Shown here in pieces: positions 39,099 to 49,612 of a stretch of DNA of 64,000 nucleotides. The first letter of the stretch is position 1. Each line of letters begins with the position of its first letter. This DNA is from Bacteroidia bacterium (lineage in GTDB: Bacteria; Bacteroidota; Bacteroidia; B-17B0; Aurantibacillaceae), in contig JBIKKW010000001.1 in NCBI GenBank assembly GCA_044360115.1, positions 6,123 to 70,122 on the forward strand. Reading direction: 5' to 3'. A program made the translations under genes and the position numbers. Below the pieces are notes generated by a model that did no database searches, had not been told where the DNA came from, and saw only the letters and a list, made by a program, of their open reading frames with translations.

Positions 39099-39959
39099 TT
39101 ATTCTTTCACTATTTTTTTTGTGATCACCGAATTGTCTTTTGTAGTTACATCCACAAAATAAATTCCGTTTGTTAATCCTGTCAGATCAATGATCTCAAT
39201 CTTTTTAACTGCGCTCACTGTTCTAACGATCTTTCCATCACCCGATCTTACTTCTATCTTTTTGATCTCAATGGTTGATGTAACTTCAATTTTATCTTTC
39301 GTTGGATTTGGGAATATTTGTAACACTACGTTTTGTTCGTTTGCTTTAATGCCTAAGGTGTTGTTATATTCGATCACATAATAAATAGAATTAGTTAATG
39401 CAATATCATTCCATTCACCTGCTATGCCAAAAGGCCAAGCCGAAACAGCCATAGCGGCGCCATCCTGATTCGAATTAAAATCGTCAGGTTCCTGAATACT
39501 TGAATTAGATTTTCCTCCCCAATTTACAAATTGACTTAAAACTACCGTTCCATTGCCTGCTCCTGCTAAACCCTGACCATTCCAGAAATTCCCGCCGGTT
39601 GCATCATTGTTTCCGTCCCATATCCACGAACCTTCATTGAATTTATCGGTTGCACCGATCCAAACATAAGATGCGCCACCACCATCACCAACCGGACTGT
39701 AGTTTGATGCAACACCTGCAGCAACAATTCCATTATATACTGCTGTTTGTTCGCCCTGACTATTGATCTCAACCAGTGAACCACCACGTTGAACGGCACA
39801 AGTTGCAGCAGCTGTCCATGTTTTAGCTTCTTTTACAACTTCGTATGTTGTTCCGTTGAATGTAAACGAATAAATGTTCACCGCACTGGCGCACGAAGTT
39901 TGTGCGTTCACTGTGAACACCATTACGGTAAAAATAATTATGTAAAGTGCTTTATTCAA
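39099..39959 (-). CDS. C-type lectin domain protein with T9SS type A CTD
   Basis: Signal peptide; WIGATD...EGSW.W, EPDD and GEWND motifs; CTD IFPNPTKD...GIYFV...KKIVKE. TTG start directly follows the nuoF stop. Confidence 0.88.
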   Translation of the reverse strand: MNKALYIIIFTVMVFTVNAQTSCASAVNIYSFTFNGTTYEVVKEAKTWTAAATCAVQRGGSLVEINSQGEQTAVYNGIVAAGVASNYSPVGDGGGASYVWIGATDKFNEGSWIWDGNNDATGGNFWNGQGLAGAGNGTVVLSQFVNWGGKSNSSIQEPDDFNSNQDGAAMAVSAWPFGIAGEWNDIALTNSIYYVIEYNNTLGIKANEQNVVLQIFPNPTKDKIEVTSTIEIKKIEVRSGDGKIVRTVSAVKKIEIIDLTGLTNGIYFVDVTTKDNSVITKKIVKE

Positions 39960-41297
39960 TTACGCTCTTACTTTATTTAAACGGTCATAATGACTAACAT
40001 CCACAAACTTTTTACTGCGGGCGATCTCTAAAAACTCATGTTTAAAGTGTCTGATTGCCGCAGCCACAGGCCAAGCAGCTGCTTCACCAAGTGGACAGAT
40101 AGTTTTCCCTTCAATTTTACTTTGTATATCCCATAACAGATCCACGTCGGCTTCTGTTGCTGTACCATTCAAAAATTTCTTCAATATCTTTTCCATCCAA
40201 CCTGTTCCCTCACGGCATGGCGAACATTGTCCGCATGACTCGTGATGATAGAAACGAGAGAAAGTAAATAAGTTCTTTACAATACTTGTGTCTTCATCCA
40301 TTACAATGAATCCACCCGAACCTAACATGGTGCCTGTTTGAAAACCACCGTCAGATAAGCTTTCGTAAGTCATTAAGCGTGGCTCGCCTTTTGCTGTTTT
40401 TAAAATTAATTCAGTTGGTAAAATAGGAACCGATGAACCACCGGCAACAACTGCTTTTAATTTTTTTCCATTGCGAATACCGCCGCAATACTCTTCGCTG
40501 TATATGAATTCCTCTACAGGTACACCTAATTCAATTTCGTAAACGCCAGGTTTGTTGATGTGACCTGATGCAGAGATCAGTTTTGTTCCGGTTGATTTAC
40601 CAATACCAATTTTAGCATACTCTTCGCCACCCATCATTACAATTGGGCAAACAGCTGCAATCGTTTCTACATTGTTTACTACTGTTGGGCATCCCCATAA
40701 ACCGGCAACCGCAGGGAAAGGTGGTTTGATGCGCGGGTTACCACGCTTACCTTCCAATGATTCCAATAAAGCAGTTTCTTCACCGCAAATGTATGCGCCA
40801 CCACCAACTTGAACCGAAAGCTCCAAAGAATAATTAGTGCCTAAAATGTTTTTTCCTAACAAGCCTGCAGCATAAGCTTCGCGGATGGCTTGTTCTAAAA
40901 TACGGGCAACATAAAAATACTCACCACGGATATAGATGTATGATTGATTAGCTCCTAATGCATATGATGAAGTGATCATTCCTTCGATCAATGCATGCGG
41001 GATCTTTTCCATCAAATAGCGGTCTTTGAAAGTTCCGGGCTCCGATTCATCGGCGTTACAAACCAAGTAACGTGGAACGCCTTCGGGCTTTGCCAAAAAA
41101 CTCCATTTCATACCGGTAGGGAAACCGGCACCACCACGACCTCTCAAGCCCGATTTTTTTACTTCATCGGTTACCTGATCAGGCGTCATTGTTTTCAATG
41201 CTTTTTCTACTGAAGCATATCCACCATGCGCACGATAAACCTCTAACGTATGAATGTTAGGTACTTTATCGTTGTGTATCAATAATTTTCTTCCCAT
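39960..41297 (-). CDS. nuoF: NADH-quinone oxidoreductase subunit F
   Basis: [45 protein letters not shown]. Confidence 0.98.
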   Translation of the reverse strand: MGRKLLIHNDKVPNIHTLEVYRAHGGYASVEKALKTMTPDQVTDEVKKSGLRGRGGAGFPTGMKWSFLAKPEGVPRYLVCNADESEPGTFKDRYLMEKIPHALIEGMITSSYALGANQSYIYIRGEYFYVARILEQAIREAYAAGLLGKNILGTNYSLELSVQVGGGAYICGEETALLESLEGKRGNPRIKPPFPAVAGLWGCPTVVNNVETIAAVCPIVMMGGEEYAKIGIGKSTGTKLISASGHINKPGVYEIELGVPVEEFIYSEEYCGGIRNGKKLKAVVAGGSSVPILPTELILKTAKGEPRLMTYESLSDGGFQTGTMLGSGGFIVMDEDTSIVKNLFTFSRFYHHESCGQCSPCREGTGWMEKILKKFLNGTATEADVDLLWDIQSKIEGKTICPLGEAAAWPVAAAIRHFKHEFLEIARSKKFVDVSHYDRLNKVRA

Positions 41298-41318
41298 ATC
41301 AATGTTTTTTTATCCTTT

Positions 41319-41358
41319 GTCTCACTTCGACTCCTTCGCCGCGGCGAACAGTGTGACG
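41319..41358. repeat. CGTC-tagged REP-like palindrome with internal perfect 14-bp palindrome
   Basis: GTCTCACTTCGACTCC-TTCGCCGCGGCGAA-CAGTGTGACG. Confidence 0.7.
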
Positions 41359-41381
41359 GCTAAATGACTTTCAATTAATAA

Positions 41382-41963
41382 TTACAATGTGTTGTTATAA
41401 TCCAGATCTGTATAATTACGTTGTTTGCCTTCTGCTTTGTATTTCTCTAACAACGAATCAACTTTATCGTAAGTTAAATTCTCGTGATACGAAGCGCCGC
41501 ATTGCATCATTGGTGCTGTACCGCATGAACCCAAGCACTCTGCCACTTTTAATGTGAACATACCATCGCGCGTTGTTTCACCAACTTTAATGCCTAATTT
41601 TTTCTCAATATATTTTACAATATCTTCTGCACCATTTAACCAGCATGAACTTGTTTGACAAACTTCCAACACACATTTACCAACCGGTTTTAAATTGTAC
41701 ATGGTGTAAAACGAAGCCACTTCAAATACTTCAATAGGCTTAATTTTTAAAACCTCAGCAACATAATCCATTACTTCGGGGCTTAACCATCCGCCAAATT
41801 CAGCTTGTGCCACGTGTAATACAGGCAATAAGGCCGATTTTTGTTTTCCTTCCGGATAACGACTGATAATGGTTTTAACGGTTTCCATTGCGGCATCACT
41901 GAATTTTACCTCAGCGCGTTTTGCTTTGTTAAACTCTTGTGTTCCGTGTACTTGACTTCCCAT
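41382..41963 (-). CDS. nuoE: NADH-quinone oxidoreductase subunit E
   Basis: VCQTSSC, ECLGSC. ATG at 41963 preferred over the track's TTG at 42002, whose extension is repeat sequence. Confidence 0.95.
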   Translation of the reverse strand: MGSQVHGTQEFNKAKRAEVKFSDAAMETVKTIISRYPEGKQKSALLPVLHVAQAEFGGWLSPEVMDYVAEVLKIKPIEVFEVASFYTMYNLKPVGKCVLEVCQTSSCWLNGAEDIVKYIEKKLGIKVGETTRDGMFTLKVAECLGSCGTAPMMQCGASYHENLTYDKVDSLLEKYKAEGKQRNYTDLDYNNTL

Positions 41964-42038
41964 TTTATTTAATAATTCAAAAGTTCTAAATTCATACGTC
42001 AAAAGTTTTTGGTTTTTGACTTTTTTCTTTTCACTTAA

Positions 42039-43253
42039 TTAAGCATCTAATTCACCGGCGATCACATTCATACTACTCATGGTAATGATCGCATCTGACA
42101 ACATGGTGCCTTTGATCATTTCAGGATATGCCTGATAGTAAATGAAGCATGGGCGACGGAAATGCAGGCGGAATGGGGTACGACCACCATCACTCACCAA
42201 ATAATATCCTAACTCACCGTTACCGCCTTCAACGCTATGGTATACTTCGCCTTTAGGCACATCTGTTTCACCCATCACAATTTTAAAGTGATAGATCAAT
42301 GCTTCCATGTTGTTGTATACCTCTTCCTTTGGAGGTAAGAAGAAACTTGGTACATCAGCATGATATCCACCTTCTTTAGGCATATTTTTTAATGCTTGCT
42401 CAATGATGCGTAATGATTGCCACATCTCTTCCTGACGAACCATGAAACGATCATAGGTATCGCCACTTGAACCAACAGGTACAATAAAATCAAAATCTTG
42501 GTAAGATGAATATGGAGATGCTACACGAACATCATAATCAACTCCGGCCGCGCGTAAGTTTGGTCCGGTAAAGCTGTAATTCAATGCCATCTCTGCGCTT
42601 ATTGGTCCGCAATTAACTGTACGATCCATAAAGATCTTGTTACGCTCCAATAAATTCGCAAACTCTTTTAATGCTTTCGGGTATCCTTTCACAAAATCAT
42701 TGATCAGATCCCAGGTGCGTTGTGGCCACTCACGCTCAAAACCACCAATACGGCCAATGTTTGTAGTTAAACGCGCACCGCAAATGGATTCATAGATATC
42801 GTAAATTTTTTCGCGCCATTGAAAAATGTATAAGAAGCCCGTCATAGCGCCTGTATCAACCCCTACAACCGAGTTACAGATCAGGTGATCGGCAATACGT
42901 GCTAATTCCATAACGATCACACGCATGTAATCAACACGCTTTGGAACCGTTACATTCAAAAGCTTTTCCATGGTCATTTCCCAACCCATGTTATTGATCG
43001 GTGATGAACAATAGTTCAAACGATCGGTAATAGGGGTGATCTGATTATACGGACGGCGTTCTGCCAATTTTTCAAATGCACGGTGAATATATCCAACAGT
43101 TGGTGTAGCCTCATGAATGATCTCACCATCCATCTTCAACACGTTTTGAAAGATACCGTGTGTAGCAGGGTGAGTGGGACCGAGATTCAGCGTTGAATAC
43201 TCTTTCTCGTCAATCACCTCATGCGGGTCAATAATGTGTTGTTTCTTACTCAT
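42039..43253 (-). CDS. nuoD: NADH-quinone oxidoreductase subunit D
   Basis: LNLGPTHPATHG, GYIHRAFEK, TDRLNY, GELGYY. Confidence 0.97.
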   Translation of the reverse strand: MSKKQHIIDPHEVIDEKEYSTLNLGPTHPATHGIFQNVLKMDGEIIHEATPTVGYIHRAFEKLAERRPYNQITPITDRLNYCSSPINNMGWEMTMEKLLNVTVPKRVDYMRVIVMELARIADHLICNSVVGVDTGAMTGFLYIFQWREKIYDIYESICGARLTTNIGRIGGFEREWPQRTWDLINDFVKGYPKALKEFANLLERNKIFMDRTVNCGPISAEMALNYSFTGPNLRAAGVDYDVRVASPYSSYQDFDFIVPVGSSGDTYDRFMVRQEEMWQSLRIIEQALKNMPKEGGYHADVPSFFLPPKEEVYNNMEALIYHFKIVMGETDVPKGEVYHSVEGGNGELGYYLVSDGGRTPFRLHFRRPCFIYYQAYPEMIKGTMLSDAIITMSSMNVIAGELDA

Positions 43254-43276
43254 ATCGAGTGTAATTTAATTTCTAA

Positions 43277-43777
43277 TTATCGTCCAAACATTTTATCATC
43301 CTTGTCTTCACGCGTTTGATCCTCTAAAGGATACTCTTTGCGAAGCGGATGGATATCCATTTCATCCACATTTAAAATGCGTTTTAAATTCGGATGCCCT
43401 TTGAATTTTACACCAAAGAAATCGTAGGTCTCTCTCTCCATCCAGTTTGCACCAGGCCACAGATCAGTAGCAGAAGGGATCTCCGGCTTATTGATATCAA
43501 AAAAAGTTTTGATACGCACACGGTTGTTCTTAACCATGTTGTGCAAATGATAGATCACGCCAAGTTGTTTTTCATCGGCGGTTTGAATTCCTGTAAGATC
43601 GGTTAAGAAATGAAAATTCATTTCAGGATCTGATTTCAAAAAGGCCAACACTTCGTGTATATGGTCTTTTTTAACGGTGATCACAGGGAAATCAAACAAC
43701 AACTCCGATGACTCAACTGCGCCATGAACGTTTTGATTGATCGCTTCTGTAACCTTATTTAATACTTCTTGACTCAT
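43277..43777 (-). CDS. nuoC: NADH-quinone oxidoreductase subunit C
   Basis: ANWMERETYDFFG..F.GHPNLKRIL...HPLRKEYP. Confidence 0.97.
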   Translation of the reverse strand: MSQEVLNKVTEAINQNVHGAVESSELLFDFPVITVKKDHIHEVLAFLKSDPEMNFHFLTDLTGIQTADEKQLGVIYHLHNMVKNNRVRIKTFFDINKPEIPSATDLWPGANWMERETYDFFGVKFKGHPNLKRILNVDEMDIHPLRKEYPLEDQTREDKDDKMFGR

Positions 43778-43783
43778 GAAAAA

Positions 43784-44350
43784 TTATTCTATTCCGTAAC
43801 TGTTCAATAAACGTTTGTATTCTGGCGAATGTCTTCTGCGTAAGGATTCATTTTTTGCAAGATCCTGGATCTTTAAGATACCTTCAATGATCTGCTCAGG
43901 GCGCGGAGGACAGCCCGGTACATACACATCAACAGGAATGATACGATCAATACCCTGTAAAACGCTGTAAGTATCAAAAATACCACCACTGCTGGCGCAA
44001 GCACCAACCGATAATACCCATTTTGGCTCTGCCATTTGCTCATAAATTTGGCGTAAGGTTGGTCCCATTTTTTTAGCAATGGTTCCCATTACCATTAGCA
44101 TATCGGCCTGGCGTGGAGAGAAACTCAAACGCTCTGAACCAAAACGTGCCAAATCGTAATTACTGGCCATGGTAGCCATAAACTCAATACCACAACATGA
44201 TGTTGCAAAAGGTAATGGCCATAACGAGTTTGCGCGAGCCAATCCGATCACATCTTCTAACTTTGCAGCAAAAAACCCAGGACCTTCGATCCCCTCGGGG
44301 CTTTTGGCCATTTCTAGTTTTGTGCGTTTAACTAATTTATTATTGCTCAT
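43784..44350 (-). CDS. nuoB: NADH-quinone oxidoreductase subunit B
   Basis: [30 protein letters not shown]. Confidence 0.97.
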   Translation of the reverse strand: MSNNKLVKRTKLEMAKSPEGIEGPGFFAAKLEDVIGLARANSLWPLPFATSCCGIEFMATMASNYDLARFGSERLSFSPRQADMLMVMGTIAKKMGPTLRQIYEQMAEPKWVLSVGACASSGGIFDTYSVLQGIDRIIPVDVYVPGCPPRPEQIIEGILKIQDLAKNESLRRRHSPEYKRLLNSYGIE

Positions 44351-44400
44351 GAAAATTTTGTTTTTGATTTAGTAAACCAACAGTTAAAACAGGAGTTAGT

Positions 44401-44775
44401 TTATTCTTCCCACTTTAAAGCCTTTTTTGAAAGCATATAGTAAAAACCTACCAATAGCAAGGCAATAAATGAAAACACTTCAATAACACCCAACATACCC
44501 AGATCTTTAAAATTAACGGCCCATGGGTACATAAAAATTACCTCAATATCGAATAATACGAAAAGGATGGCTGTAAGGAAATACTTGATGGAAAAGGGAA
44601 CGCGGGCATTACCCTGTGCCTCGATACCGCACTCAAAGGAGTCTAACTTGATCTTCGTTTTACGTTTTGGGCCCAGTAAATGTGATGCAACCATTGTGGT
44701 TAACACAAATCCGAGGGCAACACAAAACATTAAAATAATTGGAAGATAATCAACGGGAGTAGAGGCTTGATTCAT
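44401..44775 (-). CDS. nuoA: NADH-quinone oxidoreductase subunit A
   Basis: FECG, FVLFDIEVIFMYPW, LKWE. Confidence 0.97.
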   Translation of the reverse strand: MNQASTPVDYLPIILMFCVALGFVLTTMVASHLLGPKRKTKIKLDSFECGIEAQGNARVPFSIKYFLTAILFVLFDIEVIFMYPWAVNFKDLGMLGVIEVFSFIALLLVGFYYMLSKKALKWEE

Positions 44776-44864
44776 GTTTTCTTCATTTAAAATAAGACTG
44801 TAAGATTAACGATTTTTATGTAAATCATCAAGTCTTACAGCCTATTTTTTTAAAATAAAGAAAA

Positions 44865-47800
44865 CTACTCTTTTATGAACTTAATTGTTGAGCTGTGGCC
44901 GTTTTCAGAAAGTTTTAAAACGTATGTTCCTGAGCTCAATTGTTGGATCTGGATGGTGCTTTCGTTAATGGCATCCGGTTTAAATGAACCGGTTAGTACC
45001 TTTTGGCCAACGATGTTATAGATCTCGTAACTCATAAGCTCTTGCGATGCCAATGTACGCTTGATATTTAACACATCTTTTGCAGGATTTGGGCTAACGA
45101 TCAATCCTGAGATAGCGTAAGAATTATCTTTTAGGTCGGTAACCGAGATATAGATTGCTGCCGCTGCCGACGGGCAATTGCCGTTAAATACGTAAACCGT
45201 ATACCATCCGTCTTGAGTTGGACTGTATGACTGATTTGTTTCACCCGGGATTGGGCTGCCGTTCAAATACCATTGGTAACCTGCAGCAGTTCCTGTTGTT
45301 AAAACCGATCCGGAAACAACAACAGAAGGTGTTGGCGGCGGATTTATAACCGTTAATGAAACACTTCCAACAAAATTACAAGCTCCTAAAGAGGCAGTAT
45401 ACGTATACACAGCAGAAGAAGTAGCGTTAAGAACATTCATGGATAAGCCGCTTGGTCCGTTTGACCATACTGCTGAGGTTGCGTTTGTTGTAAGCGTGAT
45501 ATTCGCATTTTGGCCACTACAAACCGTAACATTGTTCACACTTACTGTTGGCATATTAACCACCGAAATAGTTGAAACATATGGCGTGCTTGTTCCGTTT
45601 CCGTTGGCTGTGATCAGCGTTACGGAATAAATACCTGTTGCCGTATACGTTACACTAGGACTTTGAACCGTTGATGTTGCAGGTGCGCCTCCTGGGAAAC
45701 TCCAATTCCAAGTGGTTGGTGTGTTAGCCGATTGATCATTAAATGTAAAAGGAACATTTACACAAGCAGGCGACACAGTATTTGAAAAATAAGCATATGG
45801 TGGTGCTGCAGGATTTGAATACAAAGCAGATTCATATACACCGCGACCATAGGTAGCTGCACGAATTTTTTGTGTTGGATAATAGATCTCTAATTCGCTC
45901 ACAACAACATTTGGTAAACCTGTGTTGTAACTGATCCAAGAGCCCATACTTGCCTCACGGTAATAAACGCCCATATCGGTTCCAACATAAAGTACCTGAG
46001 GTGAATTATTACGGTAAATGATACAGTTTGCCGGAATATTTGGTAAACCGGTTGAATAATTTGACCAGCTAGCTCCGCCATTGCTTGAAGCATAAACCTT
46101 TACACCTGAAGTATAGCCGGATAAGGTAACATAAACGTTATTTGGATTGGTATTATCACAGGTAATATCGGTGATTTGCGCAGAGCTGGTTGGTATACCT
46201 GCCGTTACATTGGTCCAGTTTGTACCACCATTTGTGGTTTTCCAAACACTAGAAGAAGTTGATGCATAAATTACACTTGGATTATTCGGACAAACGTAGA
46301 TCTCATCTAACACGCCCATATTGGTGGTTCCCATTTGGGTCCAGTTTGTTCCTTGGTTTGTTGATTTAAACATAGCACTGTAACCGCAATAGTAGGTGTT
46401 AGCATTCACAGGGTCTTGCACAATAGGTGCTACCCATGCGGCTGTTCCTGATAAGCCTGTTACAATATTGGTCCAGCTTCCACCACCGTTGGTTGTTCGC
46501 TGAAAATCGCCATTCACATAGGATGCAACAATTACATTGTTGTTGTTCCATGAAATAAAACAATCCATACCATCACCACCGTATATCCGGCTCCACGCTG
46601 TGCCTGCAGATAAATTAGTTCCGTTATCCTGATGACCGGTTACAATGCGGGTTGGTGTAGTTGCTGAGTTACCTAGCTTATAGATCTGTGCAATGTTCAT
46701 GTTTGCATTAATGGTCGTATAGCTGGTTCCACCATTGGTGGTTCTTGAAATACCGCCATCATGACCTAAGAAAATAGTTGATCCGCTGATGTAATAAACA
46801 CAATGTAAATCAGCATGTACATATGGTCTTCCGCCACCACCGGTCCAATGTGTGTGAAGGGCCCAAGTTGAACCTCCGTTTGTTGAACGCCAGGTGTTAA
46901 CTCCACCCGCAACAATCTCATTTGAATTTGTTGGTGAGGCATCGATAGCAAGATCGTACCAGCCTTGGCCTCCAACGCCTGAACCATTTGTACTCCAATC
47001 AAAAATATTTGGCGTTGTGCTCATCAATGAAAAGCTTGTTGCCGAATTTGTTGAACGATACAAGCCGCCAAAACCATTGTTACTTGCACTAGCTAAAACG
47101 TAAACACAGTTTGGGTTTGCAGGTGTTACAGCTAATGATAAACGATTAGCTCCTCCAACTGATGAAACATTAGTGAAACTTGCACCACTATTTGTTGATT
47201 TTAAAATGCCACTTGATGTAACGCCGTAAACTGTTGTTGGATCACCGGGTTTAAATTCTGCATCCACATAACTTGCGCTTGATGTTAACGACCAAGTTAC
47301 GCCCGCATCCGTAGATCTATACATACCTACCGAAGAAGCTGCAAGCATATTGTTAGCGTTAGTTGGATCGATCAATAGTCTATAGATCCTTCTGGTTAGT
47401 GAGGTTGACCATGATAAACCGGTTGTGTTAAATGTTGCTCCACCATCGGTTGATTTTAAAACACCTGTTGAATGTGTGTCGCCGGCATCTTTATCGCCGG
47501 TTGCAATGTATATCACTAATGAGTTAGTTGGACTTATTGCAATATCTGCAACACCCAATGAAACCAACATATCGGTGCTGGTTGAATATGATGTGCCGCC
47601 ATTGGTTGAGATCCATAATCCGCCGGCTGCAGTACCAACATAAATAATGTTTGAGTTTGAAGCAGCAGTTCTAATAACCTGAACACGACCGGCATCACCA
47701 CCCGTTGGTGAACCAAAAGGCCCTACTGCTGTCCAGTTAGCTGTTGTTGCTGAAATTGCCGCGGTTTGATTCGGTTTTGCAGTGCTGTTTTGTTCTGAAA

Positions 47801-48086
47801 GAAACTGCTGATACATTTCATATGCATAACCGCGTGATGCGTATTTCATGTTTCCGGTAGGATAAACACGCGGCTCTGTAAACCAAGCCCAGCGCTGAAA
47901 TGCTTTGTAGCCTTTTCCACGCTCATACGGACGATCTTTCCAATACGCATCAAACGAGGCTTTTATTTCGTAAAAGTTAGCGTTTGTATCAAGCATTTTT
48001 GAAACCCAGTCTTGAGCAACAACAGCTGATGTGAACAAACTCAATAAGATCAATAAATTCTTTTTCATAAGTTTTTTTTTAAGCAT
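44865..48086 (-). CDS. T9SS cargo: VPS10/BNR beta-propeller plus PKD domain plus type A CTD
   Basis: Repeated SxDxGxTW/STNGGxxW (BNR) motifs, PKD (WNWSFPGG), CTD VSPNPAKD...GTYVLKL. Start may be 48068. Confidence 0.92.
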   Translation of the reverse strand: MLKKKLMKKNLLILLSLFTSAVVAQDWVSKMLDTNANFYEIKASFDAYWKDRPYERGKGYKAFQRWAWFTEPRVYPTGNMKYASRGYAYEMYQQFLSEQNSTAKPNQTAAISATTANWTAVGPFGSPTGGDAGRVQVIRTAASNSNIIYVGTAAGGLWISTNGGTSYSTSTDMLVSLGVADIAISPTNSLVIYIATGDKDAGDTHSTGVLKSTDGGATFNTTGLSWSTSLTRRIYRLLIDPTNANNMLAASSVGMYRSTDAGVTWSLTSSASYVDAEFKPGDPTTVYGVTSSGILKSTNSGASFTNVSSVGGANRLSLAVTPANPNCVYVLASASNNGFGGLYRSTNSATSFSLMSTTPNIFDWSTNGSGVGGQGWYDLAIDASPTNSNEIVAGGVNTWRSTNGGSTWALHTHWTGGGGRPYVHADLHCVYYISGSTIFLGHDGGISRTTNGGTSYTTINANMNIAQIYKLGNSATTPTRIVTGHQDNGTNLSAGTAWSRIYGGDGMDCFISWNNNNVIVASYVNGDFQRTTNGGGSWTNIVTGLSGTAAWVAPIVQDPVNANTYYCGYSAMFKSTNQGTNWTQMGTTNMGVLDEIYVCPNNPSVIYASTSSSVWKTTNGGTNWTNVTAGIPTSSAQITDITCDNTNPNNVYVTLSGYTSGVKVYASSNGGASWSNYSTGLPNIPANCIIYRNNSPQVLYVGTDMGVYYREASMGSWISYNTGLPNVVVSELEIYYPTQKIRAATYGRGVYESALYSNPAAPPYAYFSNTVSPACVNVPFTFNDQSANTPTTWNWSFPGGAPATSTVQSPSVTYTATGIYSVTLITANGNGTSTPYVSTISVVNMPTVSVNNVTVCSGQNANITLTTNATSAVWSNGPSGLSMNVLNATSSAVYTYTASLGACNFVGSVSLTVINPPPTPSVVVSGSVLTTGTAAGYQWYLNGSPIPGETNQSYSPTQDGWYTVYVFNGNCPSAAAAIYISVTDLKDNSYAISGLIVSPNPAKDVLNIKRTLASQELMSYEIYNIVGQKVLTGSFKPDAINESTIQIQQLSSGTYVLKLSENGHSSTIKFIKE

Positions 48087-48105
48087 TATTTAATTGCCTT
48101 ATGTT

Positions 48106-48183
48106 ATAACCATGTTCTGTCATTAAAATTGATTCTTAAGACAACATGGTTATTTCATACTATTTGTCTATTCTATAAAGATA
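48106..48183 (-). promoter_or_regulatory. Leader motif copy 1: -7-like box, ATGAAATAA, 11-bp hairpin
   Basis: Minus-strand TATCTTTA (48183-48176), ATGAAATAA (48158-48150), inverted repeat ATAACCATGTT/AACATGGTTAT. Confidence 0.5.
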
Positions 48184-48291
48184 GTGAATCAATAAAGGAA
48201 AGACAAATCTAAAGCGAATTAGTTTGCTGTTTGACGCCTAATTTTCTGATAAAAAAGCGAGTAAAAATGTAATCCTGATTTTGTTTAACCT

Positions 48292-49578
48292 TTAATGCAT
48301 CAATGATTCGATCTCATCGGCCTCAATAGGTATGTTTTGCATCAAGTTCAGAGGCTCACCGGTTGTTACCATTACATCATCCTCTAAACGAATACCAAAT
48401 CCTTCTTGTGGAATATATATACCGGGCTCAACGGTAAACACCATGCCGGCTTGCATTGGTTCGTAAAAGAATCCTACATCATGCACATCTAAACCTAAAA
48501 AATGCGAAGTTCCATGCATGAAATATTTTTTATAAGCAGGCCATGCCGGGTTTTGATTTTTTACATCATCACTCTTCAAAAGGCCTAGTTTTAAAAGCTG
48601 TTCGGTCATAATTTCACCAACTGCTTTGTTGTATTTATCAAAGGTATTGCCAACCACCAGCATTTTTTGTGCTTCTTTTTTAACGTGCAATACGGCGTTA
48701 TAAACTTCTTTTTGGCGCTTTGTGAATTTGCCATTTACCGGCACCACGCGTGTTAGATCGCTTGCATAGTTTGCATATTCGGCCGCCACATCCAACAAAA
48801 TAACATCACCATCTTTACACTCCTTATCATTCTCTACATAGTGCAATACGTTCGCATTGTTTCCGCTTGCTATGATTGGGCCGTAGGCAAAGCCTTTACT
48901 TTTATTCTTTACAAATTCGTGGATCAACTCTGCTTCTATTTCGTATTCAAACACACCGGGTTTTACAAACTTCAATAATCTTCTGAAACCTTTTTCGGTG
49001 ATGTCGCAAGCTTTTTGTATCAGTTCAATTTCATAAGCGCTTTTAATGGCGCGTATCTTATGCATGATGGGCGCGCTGCGGTAAACCGTATGCAACGGAA
49101 ACATATTGCGTAAACGCAAATTGAAACGGTCTTCAGCCGATTGTGTATCAATATAACGACGCGTGTGCTCGTTGCTGTTCAAATAAAAATTCTCGGCCTG
49201 AAACGCAAATGTTTTAAATACCTTATCAAACTCATGATACCAGTAAATGTTGCGAATACCGCTTACTTCGGTGGCCTGCTCTTTGGTAAGTTTAGCGCCT
49301 TCCCATACGGCAATCAATTCACTGGTCTCTTTAATGAACAATACCTCGGTGTGTTTACCATCTTTTACATCGGGGAAAATAACCAAAATGGTATCTTCCT
49401 GATCGATGCCTGTTAAATAAAAAAGATCACTGTTTTGTTTGAATCCCATTGATCCATCAGCATTTGTGGGAAGTATATCGTTACTGAAAAATACAGCAAG
49501 TGAGTTAGACTTTAAATGATTTTTGAATTTGTTTCTGTTGTCTACAAACAAACCATTAGGTATGGCGGCGTATTTCAT
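48292..49578 (-). CDS. pepP: Xaa-Pro aminopeptidase (M24B)
   Basis: DVAAEYANYASDLTR, HGTSHFLGLDVHD, TVEPGIY, GIRLEDDV. Confidence 0.95.
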   Translation of the reverse strand: MKYAAIPNGLFVDNRNKFKNHLKSNSLAVFFSNDILPTNADGSMGFKQNSDLFYLTGIDQEDTILVIFPDVKDGKHTEVLFIKETSELIAVWEGAKLTKEQATEVSGIRNIYWYHEFDKVFKTFAFQAENFYLNSNEHTRRYIDTQSAEDRFNLRLRNMFPLHTVYRSAPIMHKIRAIKSAYEIELIQKACDITEKGFRRLLKFVKPGVFEYEIEAELIHEFVKNKSKGFAYGPIIASGNNANVLHYVENDKECKDGDVILLDVAAEYANYASDLTRVVPVNGKFTKRQKEVYNAVLHVKKEAQKMLVVGNTFDKYNKAVGEIMTEQLLKLGLLKSDDVKNQNPAWPAYKKYFMHGTSHFLGLDVHDVGFFYEPMQAGMVFTVEPGIYIPQEGFGIRLEDDVMVTTGEPLNLMQNIPIEADEIESLMH

Positions 49579-49612
49579 GTGTTTACGTTGTTGTGTTTTA
49601 TTTGCCAGATGG

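Noticed and set aside
41964-42002. Track's N-terminal extension of NuoE from TTG 42002
   Set aside because: The extension is translated repeat sequence; ATG 41963 has an A-rich upstream context.
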